This document shows, piece by piece, positions 24,443-26,307 of a stretch of 26,307 nt of DNA; positions within the stretch are counted from its first letter, which is position 1; each line of letters starts with the position of its first letter. The translations under genes and the position numbers were made by a program. Under the pieces are notes generated by a model that worked only from the letters and a program-made list of their open reading frames with translations, did not search any database and had not been told where the DNA came from. The stretch is from a virus. Its lineage: Duplodnaviria; Caudoviricetes. Where the stretch lies: positions 1 to 26,307 of the IMG/VR virus record IMGVR_UViG_3300038313_000071. One strand, written 5' to 3'.

Positions 24443-24498
24443 ATTCTACCTCATTTTTAAGCCTGTACCAACCCACCCACCCGGCTCAAAATTACTGC

Positions 24499-25086
24499 TT
24501 AGAACGGTAGATCGCCCTCGTCAGGAAGCGTCTGAAAATCTCCCTGCTGCTGCGTCTGTGGCTTGTCATTAACTGCCAGAGGCTTGTCCTTCGGGATGTC
24601 TAACTCTTCAATGCCTTTTGTCGGGACGAACCTGTAAGGCTGTGATTTCCAGCCTGTGCGGCCGTTGTATGCCCATTCTGTACTGCGGAACCGCACGCCA
24701 ACTTTCTTTCCTTTTAATGTTCCTTCATCCCAGTTCCATTTGTAACCTGGATTACTAGATTCGATAGCTTCAATAATTCCTTTAAAAATCGCGGCTGTGC
24801 GGCGTGCTTGGTCAGAATCCTCGTTGGTTGGGCAGTAGGGGCGCAGGCAGCCTTTCCACTTTTGGTCCCCCCATTGTGCTTGACTACGATAATCATTAGC
24901 ATAAAAGCCCTTAAATTCACCCTCATCAATATCAACACTGATTTCCAGCTTGTCAAACTTTCCATTTTTCCCATCATATGTAACTATTTTTGCACCCATA
25001 ATTTTGCAAATGTAGTTGCCTGCCGGGAGCGTCTGCGTTTCTCCGGATGCCGCCTGTATTTTGTCCCAATCGTTATACTTCTGCAT
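24499..25086 (-). CDS. Single-stranded-DNA-binding-like protein (DUF669-type)
   Basis: LPAG.Y.CKI, DI.EGE.KGF and LKGKKVG motifs with an acidic EGDLPF tail. Follows the Sak4-like ATPase. ATG 25086 follows GGAGG. Confidence 0.75.
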   Translation of the reverse strand: MQKYNDWDKIQAASGETQTLPAGNYICKIMGAKIVTYDGKNGKFDKLEISVDIDEGEFKGFYANDYRSQAQWGDQKWKGCLRPYCPTNEDSDQARRTAAIFKGIIEAIESSNPGYKWNWDEGTLKGKKVGVRFRSTEWAYNGRTGWKSQPYRFVPTKGIEELDIPKDKPLAVNDKPQTQQQGDFQTLPDEGDLPF

Positions 25087-25714
25087 TATTAGTACCTCCA
25101 AAATTGTAATATTCGCGGATTACTGCATCCACGGCTTTCAAATCGTTGTCAATCAAATCACTTTCAAACATTTCCAGCGGCGACTTGGATATATCGCCCT
25201 CGCCGCTGCTGTGCGTGCGGAAATAATACTTTCCGGATTCCACATAGGTATGTAGCGTGATTGACGTCTTACCTTCGACACATAGTTTTTCGTGTACCAG
25301 TTTGCCAACCGTGCGAGGCGTTTCATGTCCTGACTCATCGCGCTCAATATGACTCATCAGATACAAAATGCAATCTTCTGGGAGCTGTGGCGCAAGGTCA
25401 AATAGGCTGCTATAGTTGGCTGCCATGTCTGTGAATTTTCCGTACCCAGTTTCTGACGACCGGCGCATAAATTCATCTGTCATAAGGTATTGAATATCAT
25501 CCAGAACAATAGACTTGATTCCGTGCTTTGACGCCGCGGAAATGGCACTTTTTGCAGCATTATAATCATTTGTATTGTATGATTTAAGCTGTGTGCGGAA
25601 AGGCAGTGGCTTTTTAGCAACGTTGATAATTGCAACTTCGCCCGGCTGAAAGTTTCGCAGGGAAGTGGTCTTTCCACTGCCGGAATCTCCGAGAATTAAA
25701 ACGGATATGCCCAT
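25073..25714 (-). CDS. AAA_24 / Sak4-like recombinase ATPase
   Basis: LILGDSGSGKTTSLRN, KPLPFR, IVLDD.QYLM, GY.KFT and KSP..MF....IDNDL motifs. Confidence 0.85.
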   Translation of the reverse strand: MGISVLILGDSGSGKTTSLRNFQPGEVAIINVAKKPLPFRTQLKSYNTNDYNAAKSAISAASKHGIKSIVLDDIQYLMTDEFMRRSSETGYGKFTDMAANYSSLFDLAPQLPEDCILYLMSHIERDESGHETPRTVGKLVHEKLCVEGKTSITLHTYVESGKYYFRTHSSGEGDISKSPLEMFESDLIDNDLKAVDAVIREYYNFGGTNNAEV

Positions 25715-25727
25715 TTATTTTTCCTCC

Positions 25728-26237
25728 TCACCTAATCATCAGCCGCGGCGCTCCATCCTGCAAAGCAGCGCCCGGAATCTGTTCACCTGACTGTAACAAC
25801 GTTTTCAAGGCAGCCTTGTCCACATTAGTTTCCTTGCTGTAGTCGTAAGGTTTCCACACACTTTTACAGCTCTTTAACGCACCAATGTTAGTGATTACAG
25901 CACGCTGTGACGGCTTTCCAACAGTGATTTTGTTGCGTGCAGTTTCGACTTTCTTCTGCTTAGCAAGCTGCATAGCTTGTCTTATATAATCTTTCAGCCG
26001 GTCACGCTGGTGCTCTTTAACCTTTTGACGTTCCGCCAGTGCATCTTTTTCCACCTTGATTGCCGCAGCTTCGCTATCTAGCTGTTTTACAATGCAGGCG
26101 CAGTTGTCTATTTTTTCGGTAATTTCCCCGGTCATGCCCTCGAGAGTATCAGAAATGGCTTCCTCTGGGATGCCCCCGGATTCAATAGCAGAGAGCAGCT
26201 CTATGTATTGCCCGGTCAACTCATATAATGTATTCAT
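25728..26237 (-). CDS. Siphovirus Gp157 family protein
   Basis: M.TLYELT..Y, DTLE...KIDN, RLKDY, DK..LK..L..GE.IPGA.L.....L.IR motifs. Confidence 0.92.
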   Translation of the reverse strand: MNTLYELTGQYIELLSAIESGGIPEEAISDTLEGMTGEITEKIDNCACIVKQLDSEAAAIKVEKDALAERQKVKEHQRDRLKDYIRQAMQLAKQKKVETARNKITVGKPSQRAVITNIGALKSCKSVWKPYDYSKETNVDKAALKTLLQSGEQIPGAALQDGAPRLMIR

Positions 26238-26305
26238 TTCGTTTCTTCCTCCTGGGTTTCGTCTGTCAGAGCATATTTGTACTGGCGGCCGTTTGATTTA
26301 AAGTG
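26234..26305 (-). CDS. 3' end of an upstream early gene (partial)
   Basis: Open frame HFKSNGRQYKYALTDETQEEETK* ends in an ATGA overlap with the gp157 start. Confidence 0.45.
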   Translation of the reverse strand, partial: HFKSNGRQYKYALTDETQEEETK

Positions 26306-26307
26306 AA

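Larger units (their letters stand above)
1..26307. mobile_element. Temperate siphophage/prophage region (possibly two fused prophage segments)
   Basis: All recognisable genes are phage structural, lysis or replication genes. No host genes, integrase or terminase are visible in the window. Confidence 0.9.

Noticed and set aside
18733-26301. Plus-strand ORFs within the replication module (e.g. 19798-20214, 21053-21574)
   Set aside because: They are antisense shadows of motif-supported minus-strand genes.

Overview
The whole window is temperate siphophage (prophage-like) DNA, probably from a Firmicutes/Clostridia host. It has two convergent arms. The plus strand (1-~18.0 kb) carries a late operon, which starts within the portal gene: portal 3' end, MuF minor head protein, GP20-type scaffold, major capsid, head-tail joining genes, tail tube, tail chaperone with a -1 frameshift, tape measure with CHAP and lytic transglycosylase domains, Dit, two tail spike/fibre genes and a lysis cassette. 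The minus strand (18.2-26.3 kb) carries a replication module: gp157, Sak4-like AAA ATPase, SSB-like protein, DUF927 helicase, an iteron origin, SF2 helicase, VRR-NUC, a PAPS-reductase-family gene and an ArpU-like regulator. The most interesting observations are: (1) a MuF with an AT-rich RNase-like C-terminal extension plus an overlapping Cys-rich ORF, a candidate virion-delivered toxin/immunity pair; (2) two tandem H-type pseudoknots in the scaffold leader; (3) a GH25 lysin stump just upstream of an amidase gene, suggesting an endolysin swap; (4) an antisense promoter-terminator cassette with almost no cargo inside the tail operon; (5) two adjacent tail genes that share a tip domain and a 15-bp end repeat; (6) an odd head-to-head junction between the two arms containing an orphan gene fragment. 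All family assignments come from motif recognition by eye, not database searches.
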